This document shows positions 48,518 to 60,413 of a stretch of 61,864 bases of DNA, piece after piece (the first letter of the stretch is position 1; each line of letters opens with the position of its first letter). The translations under genes and the position numbers were made by a program. Below the pieces are notes generated by a model, which saw only the letters and a list, made by a program, of their open reading frames with translations, made no database searches and was not told the DNA's origin. The DNA is from Ministeria vibrans ATCC 50519 (taxonomy: Eukaryota; Protista; Filasterea), in NCBI GenBank assembly GCA_943704425.1, contig CALSCP010000569.1:1-61864 (forward strand), read 5' to 3'.

Positions 48518-50521
48518 TTAGAAGTCGCGACGCGAGTCTGACTCGGAGAGAGAGATGAAAGCGCGCTTGGGAGCGAGTTTGGTGTCGTCGGGATGGTAGA
48601 ACTCACTGATGAGCCGATACACATAGGAAGGTGCAAAGGTCGACCTGAAAACACACAAAAGAATGAGTATATGTTACTAGATGGATGATTTTCACTCTAT
48701 GTCTGACTGGTTCGAGATGAAAAGAGTGACAAGGTCGGGCGGAACATAGTCAAAGACTGGATTTTGCACGGCAGCGTGTCCCACAATGTCACCTAATCAT
48801 GCAAGAGAGTTTGAGAGGTTTGGGAGAGTGCGAGAAAGAAAATATGTGTGCTTAGTGCTTAGTGCTTGGCGTGTGTGTGTGAACGACAAGTGGGTTGGCT
48901 AACCTTGAGCGTATCCAATGACTTCTGAAGGATTCACCAGATTGTTGAACGTGTCATGATCATACGAACAAAGATACTGCGGAGACACCTACAAACACAT
49001 CAACGCGTGAGAGGGCAATGGGCGAAGGCGAGCGGACAGACCTTGAAAAGGGCAGAGCAGACGACAACTGGCACCCGATGATGTGCAGCTGCCACAGTGA
49101 GTGCATGGGTGCCATTGAGCGCCATGAGTCCACCGTCGGCCATCACTGCGTGCGTCCCAATGATCACCTAACACAAATGAGTAGAAAAAAGTGCGTGTCA
49201 GAGTCGCATGTTTATCACACACACACTCATGTGTCGTGCCTTGTTCGCGCGTGCCAGCACTGCGTACATTGCAGCATCACTCACAACTGTCGTCTCAATC
49301 TTACTCTTGGCCAAATTGGCTGCCATTTCCTACAAAACCACAGTCTTAAAACAGACACAGACCCACGCCACACATTTTTCATACGTGTCCCACATAGCTG
49401 GGATGGGTTTCAACGACAATGACGTGAAACTTGCGTTTGCGCGCAGCCTGCTTGAGAAAGGCTTCGACGGTGCGACTGCGACCGTACGTGACAATAATTT
49501 CGTTTGCGTGGATGTGCATGAGTGCCTGCTGGGCAATGAGACTGGCGCTCGAGCTGATTTCGTCCAAGAGCACGGTGATGGACTCAATCACGGCCGCTTT
49601 GAGGTACTGCTTCACCTCGTCCATGTTGTGCGCGTGAGTGCCGCTCGATGTACTCCCACCGCCACTGCGTCCACCCAATGAGTTGTCGTATTGTGTGTCG
49701 TGGACCATTTTGTGCAGGAATGACTCTTGGTGGGCAAAGGGGCCAACGACGGGCGCTGTGACAGGGTTGGTGGCCGTCGAGCCAACACCAGGTGAAGGCA
49801 GCGTTGGTGATGCGGTGCTGTGTGATCGAGACAACTTGAGCTTAGACAACGTGCCCGTGCCTGGCCTCTGCACCATGGTAGAGCCCGCTGACGAGGGTCG
49901 CGTTGTGTCGTCGTCGTCGTCGTCGTCCTCCTCCTCCTCCTCCTCACCATCGTCGTTGTCCTCCTTGACGCGATCCTCCTCCTCCTCCTCCTCCTCCTCC
50001 TCGGCATTCTCACAAGCACCAGCAGCGTCGGCGGGCTCGTCGAGCGCATTGTCGTCGTCGCTGTCGTCCCCAGACAGCGACGACGCATCGCTCTCCCTCT
50101 CCAGCATGTCCGCGTCGATTTCCTCAGCAGTCGCTTCGTGGTATTCCTCGCGGATGATGTGCAGCACGCGGCACACAATGTTGCCCACACACGTTTCGCT
50201 GGGCACTGCCGACGACAGCTGCGTCCCAATCTGGCGTACAAGCACCATAAGCTGAGAGAAAAGAAAAAATCAGCGTGAAATTTGCAATACGTTCTTTTTT
50301 TTTTATAAATGAAAAAGGAGGAAAGAAGCGGCAAGGCGTGGACGGAGGCAGCGGGCATGGGCGTGTAGCAGGCACTGTACCTCTCCGCCGGTCCGCCAGC
50401 GCGAGCGGGACACGACAAGGCGCATGAGAGTGGCGGTGTGCTGCGCGACCTGGTGGCTTCCGCGCAGCTTGCGCCGACGAAGCTGCGTCAGGAGCAGCTC
50501 CACTTGCTTTTCAACTTCCAT
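48518..50521 (-). CDS. EIF2B2: Translation initiation factor eIF2B subunit beta
   Basis: [106 protein letters not shown]. Confidence 0.93.
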
Positions 50522-50952
50522 GTCGTATGAATTATGATTAATCTCAATGATCAATGAAGAAGATCACAATTCACAAATCATAACCAATCTTGAATGAATT
50601 CCCGAAGAAGTAGAATTTCACTTTTCAATTCGTCTTTTTTTTTTATGTCATCAAGAACAAATTGACTGCCCAGGACCTATTTACATTTTACTGCATTAAC
50701 TGCAAACTGCAAAGAATGTCAACCGAGACATACGCGAAAAGTAAAAGGTTTGCACATTTCTCAATTTGACCAGTGTTTACACCAACTAAATAATATAGTT
50801 CAAATATCATTAAAGCGATCGATGATCATTCTTATAAACGTTGCTACGGCATGACAAGCTCGAGTTTGATCAATTTTAAACGCATAACAAAATAATGTGA
50901 ATACATTTTTGCTAACTAATGGATGGCACTGTGGCGAGTTGAATGAGTGTAG

Positions 50953-52768
50953 TTAGAGCGAGAGAACCTCGTCCTTGCGGCGATAGTACTCATCGAAGCG
51001 GACCTTTGCATATGCCAGATAGTCAAAGGAGGAGGAGCGAGCGAGGGCGCGAATGAGCCCCCAAGTGCCCCAGTAAAAGTGGGCTGCCAACGAGAACAGG
51101 TTCACCTCGTTGTACAGCGCACTCACTTCCGAGGCGGAGACGGCGCTCTCGTCAACTGGATGGGAAGTAAGTGAGTAGTGAGTGGCGAATGAGTAGTGAG
51201 TGAGAAGCGAGTGTGGCAGTGAGTGGCGTACTGTCGTGGAATGCTGCCAAGTAGTGTGTGAGCCAAACCAGCTGCGTCTCCCGCGACGGATACAGGGTGT
51301 AGTCGACTGGATCCTCAATTCCCGCATATTCACAAAAGTGGTTTCCTTCAGTTTACGAGATGTGTTACGCGCGCGCACTCTCTTTGTTTGTGTGTGTGCG
51401 TACCAATATCAAATCCGCGAAATGAAGCAGAACTGTACTCAAAGTCAATAAACGAGATAGAATCTACATAAGCACCCGAAAGGAGAAAAGAAAACGATAG
51501 GGAGGAGAGATAGAGAGAGAGAGAGAAAGGAGGGAGAAACAAAGTGATAGAGAGAGAGAAGGGAGGGAGAAACAAAGTGATAGAGAGAGAGAAAGGAGGG
51601 AGAAACAAAGTGATAGATGGAGAGAGAGAAATAAATAGAGACAAAAGTTAGAGAGAGACAAAAGATAGAGTGACAAATTAATAATTAATAGTGAAAAGTG
51701 ATAGAGAATGATCAAAGTGATAGAGAGTGACAAGGGAGGGAGAGTGAGTATGACAATCAATTCATTTCGAGTTGTATTAGTACCGTTTGAACTGTCGTAT
51801 AGAATGTTGTTGCAGAGGAGATCGTTGTGTGCAAACACAGTGGGGGCGTTGAGCTTGAGCAGCACTGCTTTGAGCGCAGTGTACTCAGTACGCAGGACAT
51901 TCAGGTCAAAGTGGGTCGTGAAGAAGGATTGTTGATCCGGATCCTCAAAGACAGTCACTGCAGACACGCACGACACATATATAAGTACATTGTCCCCACC
52001 CCATTCTCTCTCTCTCTCTCTATCTATCACTTTGTTTCTTTCTCCCTCCTCTCTCTCATACCTGCATCAAGCCACTTCTCAATGACATTAAACAACTTGG
52101 ACTCGCTTCCGCCCGCGCCAAAGGGCATCCGGTGCTGAGCAGCCAGTCTGCGCGCAATGAGACTTGAAAAGTGCGCATCCGACATCTCGGCGACTGTCAG
52201 CGTGCGTCCCGCTACGTAGCCGTATATGTAGCCATTGGAAAACAGTCCAAAGACGTCGGCACCTTGACCGGCTGCATGGAGCTCGATCATGGTCTAGATC
52301 AGACACCAAATGAGTTGATGGTGAGACTCTAATCAACACCAACTCACCATCAGTTCCTGTCTCCGGTTGATAAGCACTCCGGTGTTCTTGCCGTATACGC
52401 GCACAATAACCTTCTCTCCCGACTCGACCTCTTCGCAGCACACAACTAAGCAGCGTGGAGGAGTGATTGGAAGGCGAAGAGTGATAGGACCGCGTCTGCA
52501 TCGCCTGATCCCTCCCCATACCTGCATTTGTAAGGCCCTTTTTGAACTCTTCTTGCCGGATCTCCTTGTCTTTCCAGTCAGGGCGCAGTTGGCGCAGGAC
52601 AGATCTGGAGGAGAAAGGGGAGAGACAGCGCACAATGGATGAGTTTGCGTTGCCACGCCATCCCGCACGCTGTTCAGCCACGTACAGCGAGTCTTCCTGG
52701 AGGTGGTCGCCAGTTCTGACCGTGAAGTCGACCTTGGGGCGTGGGAAATCGCCGATGGTGCTTGTCAT
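50953..52768 (-). CDS. ETNK: Ethanolamine kinase (choline/ethanolamine kinase family)
   Basis: GLTN, VIVRVYGKNT, FSNGYIYGYVAG, Brenner motif FAHNDLLCNNIL, FIDFEYS..RGFDIGNHFCEYAG, AHFYWGTWGL, FDYLAYAKVRF. Confidence 0.92.
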
Positions 52769-52867
52769 TGATATTGGGAGGGAGAAAGCAAATTTAGCAA
52801 AAAACTATTAATAATAATTATTTGAGTAATTAGTTTCAGACTTTCAGTTTTACTTCTTTTTTCAGAC

Positions 52868-53853
52868 ATGGCCGATGAGGGATGTCGGCTGGAAATCAAC
52901 TGGGATCGAATAGATGGTGAAATGGCAAAGCGTGCGGAAGCATTTCTGAATCGAATTCTCGCCAAGGAAGAAAAACTGCCAGGTTGATCACACACACTCA
53001 TTAAGCACACACACATACGCACACACACATACATATATACATACGTAATCACACACATACAGGAACGCACACACACACACACACACACACATCACACACT
53101 CTCTCATTGATTCTTTGCTTCTTCCTCCTTTCTCTGTCTCTCTGTCTCTCTCTCTGTCTCACTGATACACCGACGTGTCGTTTTGCTGCAGATGCGCTAG
53201 GGCCGGTGCGTGTGTCCGACCTGAACCTGGGCTCCTCGCCGCCTGAGGTGACGGTGGTCTGCGTCGAGCCGGTCAGTGAGGCCTTTCTGGCTCTCTCCCT
53301 CTCACCTCCCGACATCCCCAGCGACGGCTCCTCCTCCGGTCTTGTGGGCGAGCTTCTAGAAGCGTTGGGCATGATTCAAGTGCGTGTGCGCGTTCGCTAC
53401 ACCGGCGACCTGCATGCGACTGTGTCCACCGAAATTTGCGTCAATGTCCCCACGCCCAACTTCATCACACTGCCTCTGTCACTCACTCTGACAAGCCTTG
53501 ATATTGACGGCGAAGTCATTGTGGTAGTGCGACCCGACGGATCCGTCTTGCTAAGCCTTGAGAATGTCGACGATGCCGAGTCAGTCTTGCGCGATGTGCA
53601 GCTCAACTCTCTTATCGGCGACACATCAAAACGAGGTACTCAATATACAATATCAAGCTGTTCCCTGCTCGATTTCCTCTCTCTTTGCAGCCCACTCACA
53701 CACATACGCATGTACCTATATTCTCTTGCAGCGCTTCAGAATGTGGAGACAGTCAAACACTTCATTGTGTCGCAGTTGCGCGACGCCCTTGAAAAGCACC
53801 TCCTCTACCCTCGCTTCATCGCTCTGCCCGTCTCCCTCATCAACCGTCCCTGA
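52868..53853 (+). CDS. MDM12: ERMES subunit Mdm12 (SMP domain)
   Basis: LEINWDRI..FLN..LP|DALGPVRVSDLNLGSSPPEV; VRYTGD; NVPTPNFITLPLSL; LRDVQLNSLIGD..LQNVETVKHFIVSQLRDALEKHLLYP; three exons; no TM. Confidence 0.82.
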
Positions 53854-53908
53854 TACATCTATGCTACTGCGCATTTATGCTTCCTTGTTCAGTTGCTCTG
53901 CCCCCCCC

Positions 53909-54299
53909 NNNNNNNNNNNNNNNNNNNNNNNNNNNNNNNNNNNNNNNNNNNNNNNNNNNNNNNNNNNNNNNNNNNNNNNNNNNNNNNNNNNNNNNNNNNN
54001 NNNNNNNNNNNNNNNNNNNNNNNNNNNNNNNNNNNNNNNNNNNNNNNNNNNNNNNNNNNNNNNNNNNNNNNNNNNNNNNNNNNNNNNNNNNNNNNNNNNN
54101 NNNNNNNNNNNNNNNNNNNNNNNNNNNNNNNNNNNNNNNNNNNNNNNNNNNNNNNNNNNNNNNNNNNNNNNNNNNNNNNNNNNNNNNNNNNNNNNNNNNN
54201 NNNNNNNNNNNNNNNNNNNNNNNNNNNNNNNNNNNNNNNNNNNNNNNNNNNNNNNNNNNNNNNNNNNNNNNNNNNNNNNNNNNNNNNNNNNNNNNNNNN
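53909..54299. other. Assembly gap
   Basis: Run of N. Confidence 0.99.
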
Positions 54300-54420
54300 G
54301 TGTGCGTGTGCGTGTGCGTGTGAGCGAGTGAGTGGCACGAGTGAGGGAGTAGTTGCGTGATGGTGCGCAGATGAAGCAATTGATGTATAATAAACCCCCC
54401 CCCCCCAAAAAAAAAAAAAA
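54300..54420 (+). repeat. Direct duplicate of 56160-56277 at the contig edge
   Basis: About 95 identical bases (gtgtgcgtgtg...gatgtataataaa) followed by C and A homopolymers at both sites. Confidence 0.9.
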
Positions 54421-54468
54421 AAAAAAAAAAAGGAAAGGAATGAAAAAGAAAAGGACAGAGATGCTTAC

Positions 54469-54961
54469 CGTTCTTCATCATGACCTCGAGGAACTTGACA
54501 ATGACCTTGCTGCTCGGGCGAATCATCACCTGGCGCTTTCCACGCTTCTCGGCATTGTAAATGCTGCAAAAAACGGTCCGTGTCAGAGTCCAGAAGGTAC
54601 GCGAGCGAGCAGGGGGCGAGGGAACGCACTGGGGGGGTGCGATAGACTGCAGTGGGGCGCGCAGGGCGACGTGCGAGGGGCAGGCGGGGGCGAGAGGGGC
54701 GTTGGCGAGGGAGGTCGGCAAGGGCCTTGGAGCAACACGCATGTGCGGCCAAAGCACAATGCAGGCCGCCACGCCGCTGCCGCTTCCTCATGGTACAACC
54801 TTCAGGGCATCGCCTGCCCGCGCAAAACGCAGCTAAACTTGAAGCGCGTTGTTTTTTTTTTTTTTTTTTTTTTTCTTCTCCATTTTTCTCAGACTGTCTC
54901 TCTACGCCATGACTCTTTCGTACCTCTTGAGGGCATCGTTCAAAACGCTGATGCGCACCAT
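54469..54961 (-). CDS. RPS15A: 40S ribosomal protein S15a (uS8), first two coding exons only
   Basis: [12 protein letters not shown]|[33 protein letters not shown]|; intron 54564-54923; the remainder is absent (gap). Confidence 0.93.
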
Positions 54962-55285
54962 TTTGAACTTGTGAGGCGAGGAATTAAAAAGATCGATCGC
55001 GAACGGCGAATTCGCGATTTGAATAGATCTTGCTTGAATTGTGCTTAGAGACATCAACGAATCCCACATGAACCCGGCTCAGGGCATACTCAGGACGACT
55101 AAATGTCAACGTCGTGTCGCAGACTCGCAACTCGCAAGCAAAGTGAGAAAAGATACACAAACGGTGGTAGTGAGACTACTTACTGAAGTGAGTTGCATTA
55201 GTCATTGACTCATTGTTGATTGTCAAGTCACTGAAAAGTGAGTGAAAACTTTAACTAAAAATTCAAATAATTTGACAAAGAAGCA

Positions 55286-56097
55286 ATGTCTGACAGTGAA
55301 ACAGCACCCGCCGCTGCACCGCCTGCCGCTGCAGCCGCCGCCGCCGCACCCGCTCCCATGACTGCGGTAACCCATTTTTTTAAAAGAAAGAAGAAGTTTG
55401 TCGCGTCATTCTGCTGTGTGGGGGGCGATGGGCGTCCAGGGGCTGTCTGGGCCTCTTCCATTCTGTGATATGAACCAACCCCCGACTTGTCCGACCGTGC
55501 GCGGTCTCTGCATATCCGTTTGTTTCAAAAAAAAAGACGACGAAAGTTTTTTTTTTCTTCTTGTCATTCTTCGCGACACTCTTTGTGGACGAGTGAGCGG
55601 CCATCGCTGACTGCGGCGTCGCCCTCGAGCGCGGGGGTGGCGCAGGCCGGCCTGCATCGCTGTGGCTGACCCGCGTGTGCGCTGCGTAGGAGGAGAAGCT
55701 GGCTGCGCGATACGGTGGCAAACTTCCCAAGAAAAACGAACATCTTCTGGCCAAGATCCAAAAGCCGCAGGGGGTACGTCTTCCAAAAGCCCGCCCCCTG
55801 CCTTGTTGAGTCGTGCACGAACCATTCGACTCACTCTATTTTTTTTTCTTCTTCTTTTTCGTTTTTTTTTCGTTCTTTTTTTTTTTTGAAACAATCGTAT
55901 GAATGGAATTTAGGGACGACAATTTTTCGACTCTGGTAAGTGTGAATGAATGTGCAGGAGACGAGCGTGGGATGCTAAAAGTTGGGGCTGTGTGTGCAGG
56001 CGACTGGGTAACCGGCAAGGAGACGGCCAAGGACATTGCGACACCCGGCAAGATCCACCATCCCGCACGCAAACAACACTCCAACCTGGCCGAGTAG
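55286..56097 (+). CDS. ENSA: Endosulfine/ARPP19/Igo1-family PP2A-B55 inhibitor (not shown as one ORF in the ORF track)
   Basis: Exons 55286-55366, 55690-55773, 55914-55935 and 56000-56097 give ...EEKLAARYGGKLPKKNEHLLAKIQKPQGGRQFFDSGDWVTGK..IATPGKIHHP; FDSGD is the Greatwall/Rim15 site. Confidence 0.9.
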
Positions 56098-56468
56098 ACG
56101 TCTTCCGCGCGTGTGTCGGCGAGCGTGTGTATGTGCGTGGTATGTGTGTGTGTGTGTGTGTGTGCGTGTGCGTGTGCGTGTGAGCGAGTGAGTGGCACGA
56201 GTGAGGGAGTAGTTGCGTGATGGTGCGCAGATGAAGCAATTGATGTATAATAAACCCCCCCCCAAAAAAAAAAAAAATAATAATAATAATAATAAAATAA
56301 TAATAATAAAAACACCACCGCAATTGTGCAGAACTGCAGATGGCGGATTAGTCATTAGTGAAGGAGTAGGCGGAGTAAATATAAATAGATCAATGTAATA
56401 AGTTTGTTTATTTTAATTAATTGAGATGCATTATTATAATGACAATAAGAGTTTTTTTTGTGAATAAA

Positions 56469-59400
56469 TTAATGTGTTGGCCGCGGAACGGGCATTGAGA
56501 GAGAGCGAGAGAGTTTGACATTGGGGGCACTGTAGGAGCGACTGCGCTGGCGAAAAATGGCGGATGAGTGGGTTGGGAGGGGAACGGGAATGTCCGAAGA
56601 AGGGGATGACGGTGGGCTGTCGACAACAGATGGAAGTGCAGAGGGAAAGGAGGAGGCGCTGGAGGAGGAGGCAATAGAGGAGGCAAGAGCGCGCGTGGCA
56701 GTGCGCTCGGTCGAGGCGAGTGCGTCGCCTGTCGATTGGCACTGTGTCAGCTGTGCGCGTGCTTCTGCGGCCTCACGGCGTGCCTCTGCCAGTTCACGTT
56801 CCAGAAGGGAGTTTTTGAGTCGCTCTGCAGACAGCTCGACAGCGAGTTGGGCGGGCGTCTTGAAAGAGGACGAAAGAGCTGCGGGGGCGGTGGAGGAGGC
56901 GGCGAGTGGGGTAGTTAAGGGCTGAGTGGGGCCTTGGAGAGCAGATGAGGTGGACGAAGATAACGCCGAGCCATGCAGTGAGCGAGCACGAGTGCGCACG
57001 TGTGCATGACGCACAAGGTCTTTGGCTGAGGGACGGGCACGCGGCGACGGGTCAATCATAGACTGCAGAAAAAAAAAAGAAGAATAAAAAAGGGGAATGA
57101 GCAAGTCGTGCTGTACCTTGAGCAGTGCATGAAATTCCTTTGAGTAGGCGGGCAACGGAGGTACATTGCCATCGCGGAAAGACTGCCACCCCTCGCCCTG
57201 TGAGGGCAAATCACTGCGCATCGCCAACTCAATCATACTCATTCCTAAGCACGCAAATGAGTTGTTGATTGTACATCAAGTGCGAGTGTGTCTATACCCA
57301 ATGCGAAAATGTCACCCTTTCGAAGATCCGAGTAGTCCTCTTGAAGAATCTCGCGAGAAAGATAACGCGAATCGCCCTCAGATACATCACGCTAAGACAG
57401 ACAGAGAAAGGGAGATAGAGAGAGAGAGAGGAGGGAGAAAAGTAACAAAGTAATAGAGAAAAAAGGAGGGGAAAAGTAGAGGGCGTTGTGGTGCGTGTAT
57501 GTGAGTCAGACGGGGACTGAAAGAATAGAATGAGAGTAGGACTTACGACGTCGATGGAAGTGACATGGCCGAGGTCGCCGATTTTGTAGCATACGCGAGT
57601 GCCCAGGGAGGGAGGGGACAGAGCGGCAAAAAGAAAGGGGGAGAGGGGACGGGAAGGAGCGGCGGAGGGGGGGAAGGTGAAGAAGGGGTCGGAGTGAGGT
57701 GCATTGGCGGAAAGAGGGGGTTGTATGGAGGAGGTGTCGAGCGGGAGAGCTGTCTGGGGAATGGGCGGCAGGGGGAGCGACACGAAAATGTTGCTAGGCT
57801 TGATGTCCAGATGGACCAGTCGCTTGAGGTGCATACAGTAAAGTCCCTAAAAGGCGAATGGTATATCAATGATCACACACGCAGAAGAAAAGAAAAAGCG
57901 AGCACGGAATATCTACCTCTGCAACTTGAAGGAGCAAATCACACAGCTCCGGTTCCGAATAGGGTTTCCCCTTGGCTGCTCCGTCGGCCAACGAAAGACC
58001 ATTGCAGAACTCGCTCTGGATGAAAATGTGATCGTTTTCCTCCCACGCACTGTAGTAGCGCACAATGTGCTCATTTACACCCAGCACTGCATGTGCGTAC
58101 ACCTCACGCAACAATGCTTGCCTGCAAGACAACGAGAAGAGAGAGAGAGAAAGACGAACAAAGTGAAAAAAAAAACGAGGAAAAACGCGAGTGTGTGTGA
58201 GAAGGGAATGCGCAAAAGATTGTGAGCGTACTCTTCTCTGACTCCCCGAACGGGCTTTTTTGAGCGTTTGATGGCATAGTAGCACCCATCCAGTCGGTTC
58301 ATACACTTGGAGATCACTCCATAGTGTCCTGCACCAATCTACACAAAACACATCAGACACTCAATTGTATTTGCCTTTCTCAATACCTGTTCGATGTGTT
58401 CAAACTCTTGCTTGTAGCGCGAAATGTTCTGGGCCTTGTAGACGGCGGAAGTGTCTGAGGAGACGGTGCGGGCGAGGGAGGAGTGAGAGGGAGAGGGGGA
58501 ACGTGAGGGGAGGGTGTCAGAGACAGACTGCGACGGGGGCGCGAGGCAGACGCGCTTGGACGGTGGGGGAACGGTGGCATTGGCGTGGAGGTCTGCGTCA
58601 GACGCAAACAACTGGCGCTTGTGAGCAGTTGTGGTGCCAGATGGGACTGGTGCGGGCAGGGCCTGGGGGCCGTTGAGGGAGAGGGCGCGCCGCTGGCGGG
58701 TGAAGGCGGCAGGCGAGGCAGGGAGGGATACCGCCATGGTTGAGGGGTCGTCGTCGCCGAGCAGCATTGCCGACGACGTGGTCGTTGTTGTTGTTGTAGA
58801 CGTGGTAGTCGCAGCAGTAGCAGAAGGTGCAGCAGTAGTTGAAGAATTGATGTGTGGGTGGTGTGCACTACTGTCACGGAATCGCTTGCGACGCGCAGTG
58901 GCTTCGGGTGTGAATGGGTTGATGTTGTGTCCAGATCCGGTGTTGGCAGCAGCGGCACCTCTGTGGAGCGCACCGACAGGAATGTCGATAGGGACGGACT
59001 GGCAGCGTGGATGCATGTCGCTGTTGAGACGGAAACGCATTGGGGAAAGTGGTCTGACGGGGCCAGACGCCTGCTGTTGATGTGGAGGCAGGTGTGTGGC
59101 GGACGAGGCGTGGAAGGGGCGTGGACGCTCGTCCAGTTGAAAGGACAAATGCAAGTTGACAGGTCGACGACGCACAAGCGGAGTCTTTCTCGGGGTGGGC
59201 GGCGGCGAGGCTGTGGTCGCATGGGTGTCGTCGTCGAGGGGCAGGGGCACGGCGTGCGGACGCGACGTGGTGGTGGACGCGTTGAGACTGGCAAGGCTCG
59301 AGGCAACCGCAGTGAGACCTGGATGTTTGGATAGATGCGCTAACGACAGGTCGTTGTCATCGTCGTTGTCATCGTCGTCGTCGCCCTGTGTGTTGATGTT

Positions 59401-59844
59401 GTGGTGGTGTTTGTGGTGGTGTCTGCCGAAACTCAATCGACGGCCTGGCGAGCTCGTCGCCGACCGGGTGCCTTTCGTGAGCACCATGCGGGTGTCGGCG
59501 AGGCTGGATGCGTGCAGCGAGGGTGCTGTTGCGAGTGTGGGCCCATTTGGAGACGTTTGAAACTGCAGACATGAAACAGCCGATTTTCGAAGGGGAGAGC
59601 AGAAGATGCCGCTGTCCGAGTCGCTTGCGCTCGCCAATGGGTCCATTGGACCGGGAATGGACTCGCACGAGGACGGTCGCGATAGCTGCTGCGCTGATAT
59701 GCTGCGAATGGGCGACGAGACTGTCAACGGACCGTCACTTTCTGGATCCAGAAACAATCTACGGGCCGCCTTCTTGGCGGGATGCGAGCCCAGTGCATGA
59801 CGGGTGACCCCAGCGTTGGTGGGAGAGCAACCCGGAGACGACAT
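56469..59844 (-). CDS. WEE1: Wee1 kinase
   Basis: Wee-box NINPFTP; SRYKQEF; CMNRLDGCYYAIKRSKKP; ALLREVYAHAVLG; HLDIKPSNIF; YKIGDLGHVT; EGDSRYL; C-terminal coiled coil AQLAVELSAERLKNSLLEREL. Confidence 0.95.
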
Positions 59845-60106
59845 GGGCAGCGTAGACAAGTTTTCGCAAAAGAGAGCGTCTTTTTTTGAATTTTTTTCTT
59901 TTTCTTTTCCCTGTTTGTGTTTGAATGTTAAGGTGAATAAGCAGCAATGGAATCCCGCACGGTTGGGCGGACGGTTCGCGTGCAACTGATGCTCAAGAAA
60001 AGGGGGTAGGCTTGGCCGCAGACACTGAGGGCGAGCGGTAATGGGCCAAAAGAAGAAGGAAAAAAAATATAATAATGACGTGACTATTAAAACTCTATAA
60101 ATTGTT

Positions 60107-60152
60107 CGCGCCAAAAGCAGAAAACAAAATTTTTAGGCGGAAAAGGTTCAAA
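60107..60152 (-). promoter_or_regulatory. E2F-like and CHR-like motifs upstream of Wee1
   Basis: Minus strand reads TTTGAA-CC-TTTTCCGCC...TTTTGGCGCG. Confidence 0.4.
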
Positions 60153-60413
60153 TCGCAAGGACCCGACAGAACTTGCTGTACTCAAGCTGAAGAGCAACGG
60201 AGGCTCAGGTATACCTACATAAATAACACAATTGAAGATTGCAGACGCCAAACGAGTGATACGTGACTCAGGTGAGGCGGGTGTACAATTTCAGTCAGAG
60301 TTGAAACTCGAAAGTGTCTCTCAAGGGGACAGTCATTAAATCATTAATCAACTTTTTTTCTTTTCTTTCGTATTGAGTGTAAACCTTGACTGCCCTTGAG
60401 AAACGTTAGCGCC

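Noticed and set aside
49700-50130. Long acidic insert in eIF2B-beta (and a similar one in CENP-I)
   Set aside because: Low-complexity expansions occur in many proteins in this window, and this loop is length-variable in the family.
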